DNA of 64,000 nucleotides from a virus, in IMG/VR virus record IMGVR_UViG_3300033153_007973, positions 1 to 64,000 of that record. One strand, written 5' to 3'. The translations under genes and the position numbers were made by a program. The notes beneath the pieces were generated by a model. The model did no database searches. It worked only from the letters and a program-made list of their open reading frames with translations, and had not been told where the DNA came from. This document shows positions 63,685 through 64,000 of the stretch, one piece after another. Position 1 is the stretch's first letter. Each line of letters begins with the position of its first letter.

Positions 63685-64000
63685 TGCCTATATCTAAGTC
63701 ACATTTTCTTGGTATTCTGAGAGAACGCCGGGACCGGCGCGAGCAAGAGAAGAGACTGGCCACACATGATGATGTATCAAAAGAGAAGAAGAGGAAGAAG
63801 CTTGCCAGGATCTCAATGACCGATGAGGTATTTATGAGATTCCTCACTGGAGAATACTACATAGATCTAGATGATGATATTGTCATAGAAAGAATGTGGA
63901 TTGAGAACCAATATGTGGAGGCCAAAATAAATATCGTTATATCAGGGGAGAGTCTGAAAGTAGGTTATACTACGCCAAATGCAAGTATCCCGGAGTTCTC
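63684..64000 (+). CDS. hypothetical protein, 5-prime part (continues beyond the window)
   Basis: ATG at 63684 (MPISKSHFLGIL...) is open to the window end. Confidence 0.35.
   Translation, partial: MPISKSHFLGILRERRDRREQEKRLATHDDVSKEKKRKKLARISMTDEVFMRFLTGEYYIDLDDDIVIERMWIENQYVEAKINIVISGESLKVGYTTPNASIPEF

Noticed and set aside
1-64000. CRISPR arrays, integrases or transposases, rRNA
   Set aside because: I found no regularly spaced direct repeats with unique spacers, no recombinase or transposase motifs and no rRNA-like sequence. The only repeats are the 40.3-40.7 kb tandem array and the promoter-like motif copies.

Overview
The window reads as a large virulent (jumbo-type) bacteriophage segment of about 40% GC. 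Roughly 58 kb of tightly packed, often start/stop-overlapping genes lie on the minus strand, then a strand switch near 60.3-60.6 kb is followed by a plus-strand array of small paralogous genes. I recognise two beta-prime-like multisubunit RNA polymerase catalytic subunits with the DFDGD motif, a Clp-family ATPase fragment plus a canonical ClpP, and an ATP-dependent DNA ligase. There is an RNA repair kit (RtcB, an Rnl-type RNA ligase and a CCA-type nucleotidyltransferase) embedded in a minus-strand cluster of 11 tRNA genes, interspersed with HNH and LAGLIDADG homing endonucleases, tRNA fragments and two D-armless tRNA-like minihelices. NAD+ salvage is represented by PncA, a nicotinate phosphoribosyltransferase-like protein, NadE and a Nudix hydrolase. 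ADP-ribose and nucleotide-signal candidates include a macro domain, a NADAR/YbiA domain, a DprA/SLOG Rossmann protein, a DEDDh exonuclease and a metallophosphoesterase. Other hits are an HD-type (p)ppGpp-hydrolase-like protein, a Fic enzyme, an SPFH/band-7 protein and a lipoprotein carrying a Listeria-Bacteroides repeat. The two most unusual signals are families of small proteins sharing a conserved terminal peptide. The first is a P-[ST]-M-x-[DE]-L-F-D-P tail on 10 or more minus-strand proteins; its codons vary synonymously and it overlaps the downstream ribosome-binding site. The second is a tandem plus-strand array of 9 or more zinc-ribbon paralogs, each ending in V-[IV]-[RK]-x-G-L-I-P. Both may be unrecognised targeting or docking tags. 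I also see a repeated promoter-like motif (GATTTCGCATTTATAATGG on the minus strand), a roughly 4-unit degenerate tandem repeat (40.3-40.7 kb), several GC-rich structured non-coding stretches (23.96-24.5, 44.56-45.33 and 54.6-55.2 kb), a 2-kb GC-rich gene island (35.4-37.4 kb), and a 16-bp hairpin sequestering the ribosome-binding site and start codon of an HNH endonuclease gene. All calls come from reading motifs by eye; no database searches were run.
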